DNA from: Clostridia bacterium
Lineage (GTDB): Bacteria; Bacillota; Clostridia; Christensenellales; UBA1242
DNA: 64,000 nucleotides
Reading direction: 5' to 3'
Assembly (NCBI GenBank): GCA_045654505.1
Contig: JAZONM010000009.1
Coordinates: 135 to 64,134, forward strand
The notes beneath the pieces were generated by a model. That model had not been told where the DNA came from. It searched no databases and saw only the letters and a list, made by a program, of their open reading frames with translations. Shown piece after piece: positions 20,461 through 28,703 of this stretch (position 1 is the stretch's first letter; each line of letters starts with the position of its first letter). The position numbers and the translations under genes were made by a program.

Positions 20461-20862
20461 ATGGGAAGAATTGTGGCGAGAGAAAAATTGTTTCAATTAG
20501 TATTTGAACAATGTTTTCATGAAGAGAGCGAATTTTTGTATGATGAGATTTTGGAAGATGTAAATATTGATGATGAAAATAAAGAGTGGCTAAGCACTCT
20601 TTATGGTGGTATTATCGAAAACAAACACGAGATAATGTCTGATTTGCAAAAGTATATAGAGGGTTATAAAGTGGAAGATCTTTTCAAAATTGATCTTGCT
20701 ATTCTTATTATGGCTTACTATGAGCTTTTGTACTATAGGGAAACTCCTGCGAAAATTGTTGCTAATGAAAGCGTAGAATTGGCAAAGAAATTTTCAACTG
20801 ACAAAAGTGCACGTTTTGTAAACGGTATTGTTGCAAAGATTATTAAAGATATTGAAGGCTAG
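20461..20862 (+). CDS. nusB: Transcription antitermination factor NusB
   Basis: Size and position fit NusB; contains AREKLFQLVFE and VNGIVAKI. Confidence 0.85.
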   Translation: MGRIVAREKLFQLVFEQCFHEESEFLYDEILEDVNIDDENKEWLSTLYGGIIENKHEIMSDLQKYIEGYKVEDLFKIDLAILIMAYYELLYYRETPAKIVANESVELAKKFSTDKSARFVNGIVAKIIKDIEG

Positions 20863-20881
20863 AAAATAAAGACGGTTTGTT

Positions 20882-22066
20882 ATGGAAAATTGTGTTTCTG
20901 TGGCACAACTTAATAAATACATTAAAAACATATTTGATGCTGAGGTCATGCTTCAAAATATAAGTGTTTTTGGTGAGGTGAGTAGTTATACCATTAGCAA
21001 TGGTATAGCTTATTTTAATCTTAAGGACGAGGAAAATCTGCTTTCCTGCGTGTTGTTTGGTGCTGCCAAATTCGATACACCAAAACTTGGTGATATGGTA
21101 CTTGTTACCGGCAGTATGAATTACTATGCTAAAGGCGGTAGGCTTTCTTTTAATGCGGTAAAAATCGTCCCGTATGGTAAGGGATTATTATATGAAAAGT
21201 TTTTACAATTGAAAGATGATTTGGAAAAACGTGGTTATTTTGACCCCGCTCGTAAAAAAGCAATTCCTGAAAGGGTAAAAAGAATAGGAGTTGTGTCTTC
21301 GCCTACTGGTGCTGTAATTCAGGATATAATAGATGTTACGACTAGACGAAATGATAGTATTGATATAGTATTGTATCCAGTAAAAGTACAAGGTGTGGGT
21401 GCCGAATTTGAGATAGCACAAGGTATTGACTTTTTCAGTGAATATGATAATATAGATGTCATAATCGTAGCTCGTGGTGGCGGAAGTCTTGAGGATCTCC
21501 AACCATTTAATACAGAAGTGGTCGCTGATGCTGTTTTTAGATGTCAAAAACCATTGGTGAGTGGTGTGGGTCATGAGACAGATTATACAATAATTGATTT
21601 TGTTTCGGACTTAAGAGCGCCGACTCCGTCAGCTGCTGCGGAATTGGTTGCGTGGCGAAAAGATTTGCTTATTTCACAAATATTGGGTTCGGTAGAATTG
21701 ATGCAGAAATATATCAATTATATCTATACCAATTACACAAATTCCATTGATATGAATATGATGAAAATTCAGAATGCTTTGAATGGTAAAATTGTCGCAT
21801 TTGAAGGTTTTGTCGATAAAATGTATAGTGCTGTGAAAAACTCAATCGATATGGGACTTGTGAAGTGTGAGCATGTCTTGGAAAAATATTTGTCCACACT
21901 AAACCAACTTAACCCAAAAGCACTACTTGATAAGGGTTATACTAAAGTTATGGTTGATGGAAAAATTGTAAAATCCAAAGATGATTTAAAAATTGATGAT
22001 GAGATTAGATTTGCTTTGCTTGACGGTAATATTGTGGCAAAAGTAAAAAGCGTAGGTGAAAGATGA
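20882..22066 (+). CDS. xseA: Exodeoxyribonuclease VII large subunit
   Basis: OB N-terminus (VSVAQLNKYIKNIFD...GEVS) and core IGVVSSPTGAVIQDI, ARGGGSLEDL, SGVGHETD. Confidence 0.9.
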   Translation: MENCVSVAQLNKYIKNIFDAEVMLQNISVFGEVSSYTISNGIAYFNLKDEENLLSCVLFGAAKFDTPKLGDMVLVTGSMNYYAKGGRLSFNAVKIVPYGKGLLYEKFLQLKDDLEKRGYFDPARKKAIPERVKRIGVVSSPTGAVIQDIIDVTTRRNDSIDIVLYPVKVQGVGAEFEIAQGIDFFSEYDNIDVIIVARGGGSLEDLQPFNTEVVADAVFRCQKPLVSGVGHETDYTIIDFVSDLRAPTPSAAAELVAWRKDLLISQILGSVELMQKYINYIYTNYTNSIDMNMMKIQNALNGKIVAFEGFVDKMYSAVKNSIDMGLVKCEHVLEKYLSTLNQLNPKALLDKGYTKVMVDGKIVKSKDDLKIDDEIRFALLDGNIVAKVKSVGER

Positions 22067-22266
22067 ATTTAGATGATAAATTGAAAAAACTTAAAGAAAT
22101 AACAGACAAACTTGAAAAAGGTGAAATTGGTCTTGATGAGGGTATTGAATTATTTAAGGAAGGCTCGAATCTTGCGAAAGAGTGTTATGTAGCGCTTAAG
22201 GAAGCCAAGGGTAGAGTTACTCAAATCAAGAAAGAAATGGATACTTTTAAAGAAGAGAATATGTAG
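22063..22266 (+). CDS. xseB: Exodeoxyribonuclease VII small subunit
   Basis: 67-aa helical protein (LEKGEIGLDEGIELFKEG). ATGA overlap with xseA. Confidence 0.85.
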   Translation: MNLDDKLKKLKEITDKLEKGEIGLDEGIELFKEGSNLAKECYVALKEAKGRVTQIKKEMDTFKEENM

Positions 22267-22274
22267 AGGTAATT

Positions 22275-23954
22275 ATGAGATTTACACAAATGTTTTTAAA
22301 GACATATAGAGATGCACCTGCAGACGCAGAGATTAAGAGCCACAAACTTTTGGTTCGTGCTGGTTATATGAAAAAACAATCGGCAGGTACATACATCTAT
22401 ATGCCACTAGCAATTAAAGTAATAAACAAAATTGAAAAAGTTATTCGTGAAGAATTGGATAAGGTGGGATGTGTCGAACTTCAAATGCCAATGCTTCTTA
22501 CACAAGATGTTTATGCTGGTCGTATAGATAAATTTGGTAATGATATGTTTAGATTGAAAGATCGAAACAATAAAGATTATTGTCTTGCTCCTACACATGA
22601 GGAGATTTTTACACAAACAGTCAAGGATTATGTTACTAGTTACAAACAACTTCCTGTTGTGCTTTATCAAATCCAAACAAAATTCCGTGATGAGGTAAGA
22701 CCTAGATTTGGTCTTATTCGTGCAAAAGAATTTATAATGAAAGACGCTTATTCGTACGACACTAATAAGGAAAACTTAAATAAGACATTCCAATTGATGT
22801 CTGATACATACGACAAAATTTTTGATCGTCTTGGTCTTGATTTTGTGAGTGTTGAGGCTGATAATGGCGCTATGGGTGGAAGCGGTTCTCGTGAATTTAT
22901 GGTGAAAAATGATATTGGTGAAGATGAGATTATGGTGTGCGAACACTGTAAATATGCTGCCAATGTAGAAAAAGCACCATGTGTATTTGAAGAGATTGTG
23001 TCAAATGAAAAACATCTTTCGAAGGAATTGGTTAAGACCCCAAGTGTTAAGACTATTAAAGAATTGGTAGAATTTTTGAAAGTTGATGAGAAAAACTTTT
23101 TGAAGGTTGTTGCGTATTCTTGTGATAATGGTGTAGTATTGGCGCTTGTAAGAGGCGATAGAGAAGTGGAAGAAGTAAAATTGTCAAATCTAATCAATTC
23201 CAATAAATTTGAAATGGCATCTCATGAGGAAATACTAAATGCAGGCAGTTGTGCTGGATTTATAGGTGCAACATATGATTTGAAAAAAGTTTTTGTTGTT
23301 GCTGATAATGAAGTAAAGAATATGGTCAATTTTGTTATGGGTGGTAATAAAGAAGATTTCCACTATATCAATGCCAATTTGGAAGATTTGAAAATAGATA
23401 AATTTGCTGATATTAGAAAATGTGTGGCGGGTGACAAGTGTCCAAAATGTGGTAGACCAATGATTTCTATTCGAGGAATTGAAGTAGGACATATCTTCAA
23501 AAACGATACTCACTATACTGAACTTTTAGATTGTAAATATCTTGATGAAAATGGTAAACAACAACTTATGGAAATGGGTTGTTATGGAATAGGTGTTACT
23601 CGTACGCTTAGTGCTCTTGTAGAACAATATAGTGATGACAATGGTATTGTATGGCCTAGACTTGTGTCACCATATGATGTGCATCTAGTGCTAGCTAATG
23701 CTAAGGATGACGAAATGACAGCAAGAGCAAATGATATGTATGCGAAATTGCAAGCTTTAGGTCTTGATGTATTGTATGACGACAGAAAAGAAAGTTTTGG
23801 TGTAAAACTAAAAGATGCGGAGCTTCTTGGAATGCCATACATTGTGGTTGTTGGGCGCGACAGTGATAAAGGTATGTATGAATTTATTGAGCGCAGCACT
23901 CTTGAAAAACAACTTAAATCTTATGAAGACATTATACAAATTTTGAAAAAATAA
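22275..23954 (+). CDS. proS: Proline--tRNA ligase (bacterial type with editing insertion)
   Basis: Class II motifs are present (LAPTHEEIFT; YQIQTKFRDEVRPRFGLIRAKEF; GCYGIGVTR). Confidence 0.95.
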   Translation: MRFTQMFLKTYRDAPADAEIKSHKLLVRAGYMKKQSAGTYIYMPLAIKVINKIEKVIREELDKVGCVELQMPMLLTQDVYAGRIDKFGNDMFRLKDRNNKDYCLAPTHEEIFTQTVKDYVTSYKQLPVVLYQIQTKFRDEVRPRFGLIRAKEFIMKDAYSYDTNKENLNKTFQLMSDTYDKIFDRLGLDFVSVEADNGAMGGSGSREFMVKNDIGEDEIMVCEHCKYAANVEKAPCVFEEIVSNEKHLSKELVKTPSVKTIKELVEFLKVDEKNFLKVVAYSCDNGVVLALVRGDREVEEVKLSNLINSNKFEMASHEEILNAGSCAGFIGATYDLKKVFVVADNEVKNMVNFVMGGNKEDFHYINANLEDLKIDKFADIRKCVAGDKCPKCGRPMISIRGIEVGHIFKNDTHYTELLDCKYLDENGKQQLMEMGCYGIGVTRTLSALVEQYSDDNGIVWPRLVSPYDVHLVLANAKDDEMTARANDMYAKLQALGLDVLYDDRKESFGVKLKDAELLGMPYIVVVGRDSDKGMYEFIERSTLEKQLKSYEDIIQILKK

Positions 23955-23976
23955 TTTTTGAATATTGTATTTAGTA

Positions 23977-24001
23977 AATGGGGGAGACCCCATTTTTTTT
24001 A
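23977..24001 (+). terminator. Rho-independent terminator after proS
   Basis: Stem AATGGGG, loop GAGA, stem CCCCATT, followed by T8. Confidence 0.8.
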
Positions 24002-24082
24002 TTGTCACAATGAGTTTTGTACGGTACTATGCAAAAAAATAATTCGCAAAAATGGCTTTATTTAGCCATTTATAAATATACA

Positions 24083-24159
24083 TGTATAAATATTCAGACT
24101 GTATTTATACTTATAAAATGCTGTGAATATTCATAAAAAATTGTATGAATAATTATTCA
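24083..24159 (+). promoter_or_regulatory. Three ARG-box-like operators upstream of argR
   Basis: Three sites compare with the core consensus TGAATwwwwATTCA. TGTATAAATATTCA (24083-24096) matches 13/14, TGAATATTCATAAA (24124-24137) is a partial match, and TGAATAATTATTCA (24146-24159) matches 14/14. Confidence 0.55.
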
Positions 24160-24167
24160 AAAACCTC

Positions 24168-24196
24168 TTGCATAATCATAAAAAGTATTGTATAAT
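24168..24196 (+). promoter_or_regulatory. sigmaA-type promoter of argR
   Basis: TTGCAT, 17-nt spacer, TATAAT. Confidence 0.55.
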
Positions 24197-24267
24197 TATT
24201 GCGACGCTAATAAATAAATATGCAGTCTATACATTTTATAAAAATACAATAAGATGAGGTATGCGTT

Positions 24268-24720
24268 ATGGCAAGAAATTCTAGACAATCAAAAATCTTG
24301 GAGATTATATCTACAAATGATATTGAGACTCAAGACGAATTGGTCGCTGCATTAAAGAAAGCAGATTTTGATGTAACACAAGCTACTATTAGTCGTGATA
24401 TTAAAGAACTTGGACTTATTAAAATTTTGAGTGACAATAAGACATACAAATATGCTATTGTAGGTTCAAACGTTCAAGGTGTTTCTAATAAGTATCTTTC
24501 TATTTTTAAGGAATGTGTTATCTCTGTAAAGAATGCTATGAATTTGGTTGTTGTAAAGGTTCTTAAGGGCACAGGTAGTTTGGTTGCCGACCTTGTAGAC
24601 CAGTTTTCTATCCAACAAGTAATTGGTTGTACATATGGTGATGATACAGTACTTGTTGTTGCAAATGATGTTGAGGACGCATTTTATATTAAAAATAAGA
24701 TTACAGAATTGTTGCAATAA
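24268..24720 (+). CDS. argR: Arginine repressor
   Basis: Winged-helix N-terminus RQSKILEIISTNDIETQDELVAALKKADFDVTQATISRDIKELGLIK and C-terminal oligomerisation domain GDDTVLVV. Confidence 0.9.
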   Translation: MARNSRQSKILEIISTNDIETQDELVAALKKADFDVTQATISRDIKELGLIKILSDNKTYKYAIVGSNVQGVSNKYLSIFKECVISVKNAMNLVVVKVLKGTGSLVADLVDQFSIQQVIGCTYGDDTVLVVANDVEDAFYIKNKITELLQ

Positions 24721-24752
24721 AAAAAGAAACCTGCTATGGTTTCTTTTTTTTG
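24721..24752 (+). terminator. Rho-independent terminator after argR
   Basis: Stem AGAAACC / GGTTTCT followed by T8. Confidence 0.8.
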
Positions 24753-24815
24753 TTTATTTCTTGTTATTGCTCTTTTAGAAGTTATTTGGTATAATGTTAT
24801 TGTTGGAGAAAAAAT

Positions 24816-26510
24816 ATGTTAAGGTCGCTAAAGATAAAAAATATAGCTTTGATTGATGAATGTCACATTGAGTTTGATGGTGGCTTTAATGTTTTGACGG
24901 GTGAGACAGGTGCTGGTAAATCCATTATTATTGACTCTATCAATTTTGTGCTTGGTAGTAGATCTGACAAATCTTTAATAAAACATGGCACGGATACTGC
25001 TAGCGTTGAGGCTGTTTTTGATGTTGACGAAGAAATTAAGTGGGTTTTTGATGAGTTGGGCATTGAGTGGGAAACCCCTTTGATGGTGACTCGTACATTT
25101 TCTCTTAATGGTAAATCTGAGTGCAGACTTAATGGAAATATTGTTACACTTAGTATTCTGAAAAAGATAACATCAAATATAGTTGATGTTTTTGGTCAAA
25201 ATGATCACGCCATATTATTGGACGAAAATGCTCATTTATCTATGCTTGATGAATTTGCGCCTAATCAGCTTTTAAATGAAAAGGATAGACTTACAAAATA
25301 TTTACATTCGCTTGCAGAACTTAATAATAAAATCAGGTCAGTAGGTGGGATTGGTGAGGATAGGGAAAGAAATAAAGATATTCTTTGCTATCAAATAGAT
25401 GAAATTGAAAATGCTAATTTGCAGGAAAATGAAGATGTTAGTCTTCTTGATAGAAAAAATCTACTAATAAATGCTGAAAAAATTGCTAATGCCCTAGGTG
25501 ATGCAATCAATTTGCTTGATGGTGATTATGGCGTTACGTCAAATTTGAAAATGTCCAGCAATTTATTGAATTCTGTAGAAAAGTATACTGATTGCTTTAT
25601 TTCTTTATCGGATAGATTGAATAGTGCTAAGTATGAAGTTGAAGATATTTATGAGACATTGAAAGACAATCTCAATTCGCTAGACTTTAGCCAAAAGGAA
25701 CTTGATTTGATTGAGGAAAGACTTGATCTTATCAATAGCCTTAAAAGAAAATATGGTAAAGAGATTGCTGACATTGAAAAATATCTTGTGAGTGCAAAAG
25801 AAAAACTTGACTTTATCAATAATGCTGAGGAAAAACTTAATGAGTGGCTTCATGAAAAGGAATCCTTGCTTGATAATATATTTAATGTATTGAAAGATAT
25901 AACTATTTTGCGAAAACAAGGTGCTTCTGTATTTGAAGAAAAAATTGAAAAAGAACTTAAAGAACTTGGCATGAAAAATGCTCGATTTGTTGTGGAATTT
26001 GAAGACAATTATGATAGGCAAACTATAGAACAATGTGTAACTGAAAATGGTTGTGATAGAGTGAAATTGTTGTTTAGTGCCAATTTGGGTGAAGAAGTAA
26101 AACCTATTTCCAAAATAATTTCGGGTGGTGAGATGAGTCGATTTATGTTGGGTTTTAAGTGTGCGCTTAATGAGAAAACTCGAAAAACATATATTTTTGA
26201 TGAAATTGACACTGGAATTGGTGGTGATAGTGGTATCATTGTTGCCAAGAAAATGAGTAAGATTGCAAAGACAAATCAAGTGCTTTGTGTTACGCACTTG
26301 GCACAAATTGCAAGTTTTAGTGATACTGGTTTTAAAATCGAGAAATATGAAGCGGACAATCGTACATATTCTAATATAAAACCTCTAAATGATGATGAAA
26401 AAGTGAAAGAAGTCGCACGCATGATTGGTGCGAATGACAATAAGGAGTACGCTCTTCTTCATGCAAAACAACTAATTAGTGATGCAAAAGGAATAAAATC
26501 CCAGTTGTGA
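24816..26510 (+). CDS. recN: DNA repair protein RecN
   Basis: Walker A GETGAGKSIIIDS, a long coiled coil, the signature SGGEMSRFML and Walker B IFDEIDTGIGG. Confidence 0.95.
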   Translation: MLRSLKIKNIALIDECHIEFDGGFNVLTGETGAGKSIIIDSINFVLGSRSDKSLIKHGTDTASVEAVFDVDEEIKWVFDELGIEWETPLMVTRTFSLNGKSECRLNGNIVTLSILKKITSNIVDVFGQNDHAILLDENAHLSMLDEFAPNQLLNEKDRLTKYLHSLAELNNKIRSVGGIGEDRERNKDILCYQIDEIENANLQENEDVSLLDRKNLLINAEKIANALGDAINLLDGDYGVTSNLKMSSNLLNSVEKYTDCFISLSDRLNSAKYEVEDIYETLKDNLNSLDFSQKELDLIEERLDLINSLKRKYGKEIADIEKYLVSAKEKLDFINNAEEKLNEWLHEKESLLDNIFNVLKDITILRKQGASVFEEKIEKELKELGMKNARFVVEFEDNYDRQTIEQCVTENGCDRVKLLFSANLGEEVKPISKIISGGEMSRFMLGFKCALNEKTRKTYIFDEIDTGIGGDSGIIVAKKMSKIAKTNQVLCVTHLAQIASFSDTGFKIEKYEADNRTYSNIKPLNDDEKVKEVARMIGANDNKEYALLHAKQLISDAKGIKSQL

Positions 26511-26536
26511 ATTTGAATATAATAATAAAAAATATT

Positions 26537-26562
26537 TAAACTACCATATGAGGTAGTTTTTT
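26537..26562 (+). terminator. Hairpin/T-run abutting the spoIVB start codon
   Basis: Stem AAACTACC, loop ATATGA, stem GGTAGTTT, then T-run. The ATG at 26564 follows directly. Confidence 0.6.
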
Positions 26563-26563
26563 T

Positions 26564-27781
26564 ATGTCTGTCAAAAAAGGCTTAAAAATTTCAATATTTC
26601 TGATTGTTTCAACATTATTTATAGTGTTTTGTTTTTCATTCCCTTACCAATTATTTTTCTGTTTTGATGACGAAATGATTTTGACGAAAGACGAATGGTC
26701 CAGAATTTCTGATAATAATTTTTTACATGTTGATAGCATTGAAAAAGCGGTTTCTAATTCAGATGGGCAAAACCCTATTGATGAGTATATTGTAAAATAT
26801 AATCTCTTTAATCTATTCAATATAACATCACTTAAAGTAAAGGTGGTGGAAGACAATATGGTATATGTGGGTGGAGATGTAATGGGTTTTTCTTTAAAGA
26901 GTAAGGGTGTAGTTGTCGTAGGTGGAAACTATATAATTACAAAAGATGGTAAAAGAAACCCTATGGATGAATCAGGATTTTTGAGTGGTGATCGAATAAT
27001 AATGATTGATGGTAAAGATATCAATAATGTGGGTGATATTGGAGAAATTTTGTCCGCATGTGATGGTGGAGCTGTGTCGGTGGTTGTTGTTAGAAATGGC
27101 AAACAGCATAACCTTAAAGTCCAACCAGCACTTGACATCCTTACAAATTCCTACAAACTTGGGTTGTGGATAAAGGAAGATGCTGTAGGTGTGGGCACTT
27201 TGACTTACATCAAGCCTAATGATTTTCGATTTGGATCTCTTGGTCACTCAATAAATAATGGTAATACCGACGAGATACTAGAAATAAGTGATGGAAATGT
27301 TTACGAATGTAATGTTATAGGTGTAAAAAGAGGCAAGAGTGGAGTGCCTGGAGAATTGATTGGAATGTTTTCTCAAAAAGATCCTCAAGGAAATATTGAT
27401 AAAAACAATATGTTTGGTGTGTTTGGCTACATGGATGAGAAATCCTCCTTTCTTTCGGGTAAAGAAAAAATTGGTGTTGGGGGTAGAATGTCGGCGCGTC
27501 CAGGCAAGGCGACAATTTTATCTTGTATTGACGGAGTGTCGGTAGAAGAATATGACATTGAAATTATCAAAACCAATTATCAGTCCTCGGGTAGTGATAA
27601 AAGCATGATTTTTCGTGTGACGGATAAAGAGCTTCTTCAAAAAACAGGTGGTATAGTACAGGGTATGAGTGGTAGTCCTATTATACAGAATGGTAAGATA
27701 ATTGGTGCTGTTACGCATGTATTTGTCAATGATCCGTCTAAGGGCTCGGGACTTTATATAGATTGGATGTTGGCGGAATAG
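26564..27781 (+). CDS. spoIVB: SpoIVB signalling serine peptidase (S55)
   Basis: N-terminal anchor, a PDZ-like segment (GDRIIMIDGKDI), catalytic region GTLTYI...GHSI and GMSGSPIIQNGKIIGAVTHV. Confidence 0.85.
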   Translation: MSVKKGLKISIFLIVSTLFIVFCFSFPYQLFFCFDDEMILTKDEWSRISDNNFLHVDSIEKAVSNSDGQNPIDEYIVKYNLFNLFNITSLKVKVVEDNMVYVGGDVMGFSLKSKGVVVVGGNYIITKDGKRNPMDESGFLSGDRIIMIDGKDINNVGDIGEILSACDGGAVSVVVVRNGKQHNLKVQPALDILTNSYKLGLWIKEDAVGVGTLTYIKPNDFRFGSLGHSINNGNTDEILEISDGNVYECNVIGVKRGKSGVPGELIGMFSQKDPQGNIDKNNMFGVFGYMDEKSSFLSGKEKIGVGGRMSARPGKATILSCIDGVSVEEYDIEIIKTNYQSSGSDKSMIFRVTDKELLQKTGGIVQGMSGSPIIQNGKIIGAVTHVFVNDPSKGSGLYIDWMLAE

Positions 27782-27852
27782 TGTTGTAAATTGTCGGAAA
27801 ATTAAGTAAATTGTAAAAATTAAAACTCTTTGTAAAAAATTGTACAAAAATG

Positions 27853-27881
27853 TTGATTTTTATTCTTTATCTTTGTATAAT
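27853..27881 (+). promoter_or_regulatory. sigmaA-type promoter inside the annotated 5' end of the Spo0A-like ORF
   Basis: TTGATT (27853-27858), 17-nt spacer, TATAAT (27876-27881). This argues that translation starts at the ATG at 27910, not 27850. Confidence 0.5.
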
Positions 27882-27909
27882 GTCTATATTTAAAAATTGG
27901 GATAAAGAT

Positions 27910-28665
27910 ATGGAAGATATATGTAGTTTGTTTTACTCAAAAAACAATATTGTTTTGGGTAAAAGGATAAAGGAAAATCTAGCAAAATTTGGTTTTGAAA
28001 TAAACTATTCAAGTAGTCTTGCTGATATTGTTGACTTGGTGAGTAATGGCAATCGTACCTTAATATTTGTAGATAAAGTTTTTAAAAAATACAAGAATCT
28101 TATTTTCGAACTTACTAAAAGTAAACTTTTCAATAATGTATTAGTTGTTTTTGTAGATGACGATTCGAATTATTATTCTGACTTTTTAGATTCAAACAAT
28201 TTTTTCATTATTTCTGAAAAGGAATTTGAAAAAGAATTGGGAGGAATTTTGCGTTCGTGCAGGACTTATATTTCCAATAAACACTCAATCAATATGTTTA
28301 TGGTTTCGGATATTGTATCGGGATATTTATCAAAACTTGGTTTTTCGCCAAAACATGCGGGTTATAGATATATAAAACAGTGCATTGAGTATGCAATTCA
28401 AAATTCTTTTTCAATTGGTAAAGCTTTATACAAAGACACATATTTATTTGTTGCTCGAAAAAATAATGGAAGTTGTGCAAGCATCGAAAGGAATATTAGA
28501 AATGCTATAAATCAAGCACGACTTAATACAGGATTTGATGTTGATGGTTTTCCTGACTTATCCAATAAAAAAATAACCAATAGATATTTTCTTTCATATC
28601 TTGTTGATAAATTGAGCAATAATGAAAGCATTTATGAACACAATAATACAAACAATGTCGGCTAA
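27910..28665 (+). CDS. spo0A: Spo0A-type sporulation transcription factor with atypical receiver domain
   Basis: The C-terminal half matches Spo0A_C (GFSPKHAGYRYIKQCIEYAI; SCASIERNIRNAINQA; ITNRYFLSYLVDKL). The gene is directly downstream of spoIVB, as in Bacilli and Clostridia. The N-terminal 115 aa is receiver-like but divergent (see findings). Confidence 0.75.
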   Translation: MEDICSLFYSKNNIVLGKRIKENLAKFGFEINYSSSLADIVDLVSNGNRTLIFVDKVFKKYKNLIFELTKSKLFNNVLVVFVDDDSNYYSDFLDSNNFFIISEKEFEKELGGILRSCRTYISNKHSINMFMVSDIVSGYLSKLGFSPKHAGYRYIKQCIEYAIQNSFSIGKALYKDTYLFVARKNNGSCASIERNIRNAINQARLNTGFDVDGFPDLSNKKITNRYFLSYLVDKLSNNESIYEHNNTNNVG

Positions 28666-28703
28666 AATGTAATTATATTTTCCAGAACTTAATATATTAC
28701 TAT

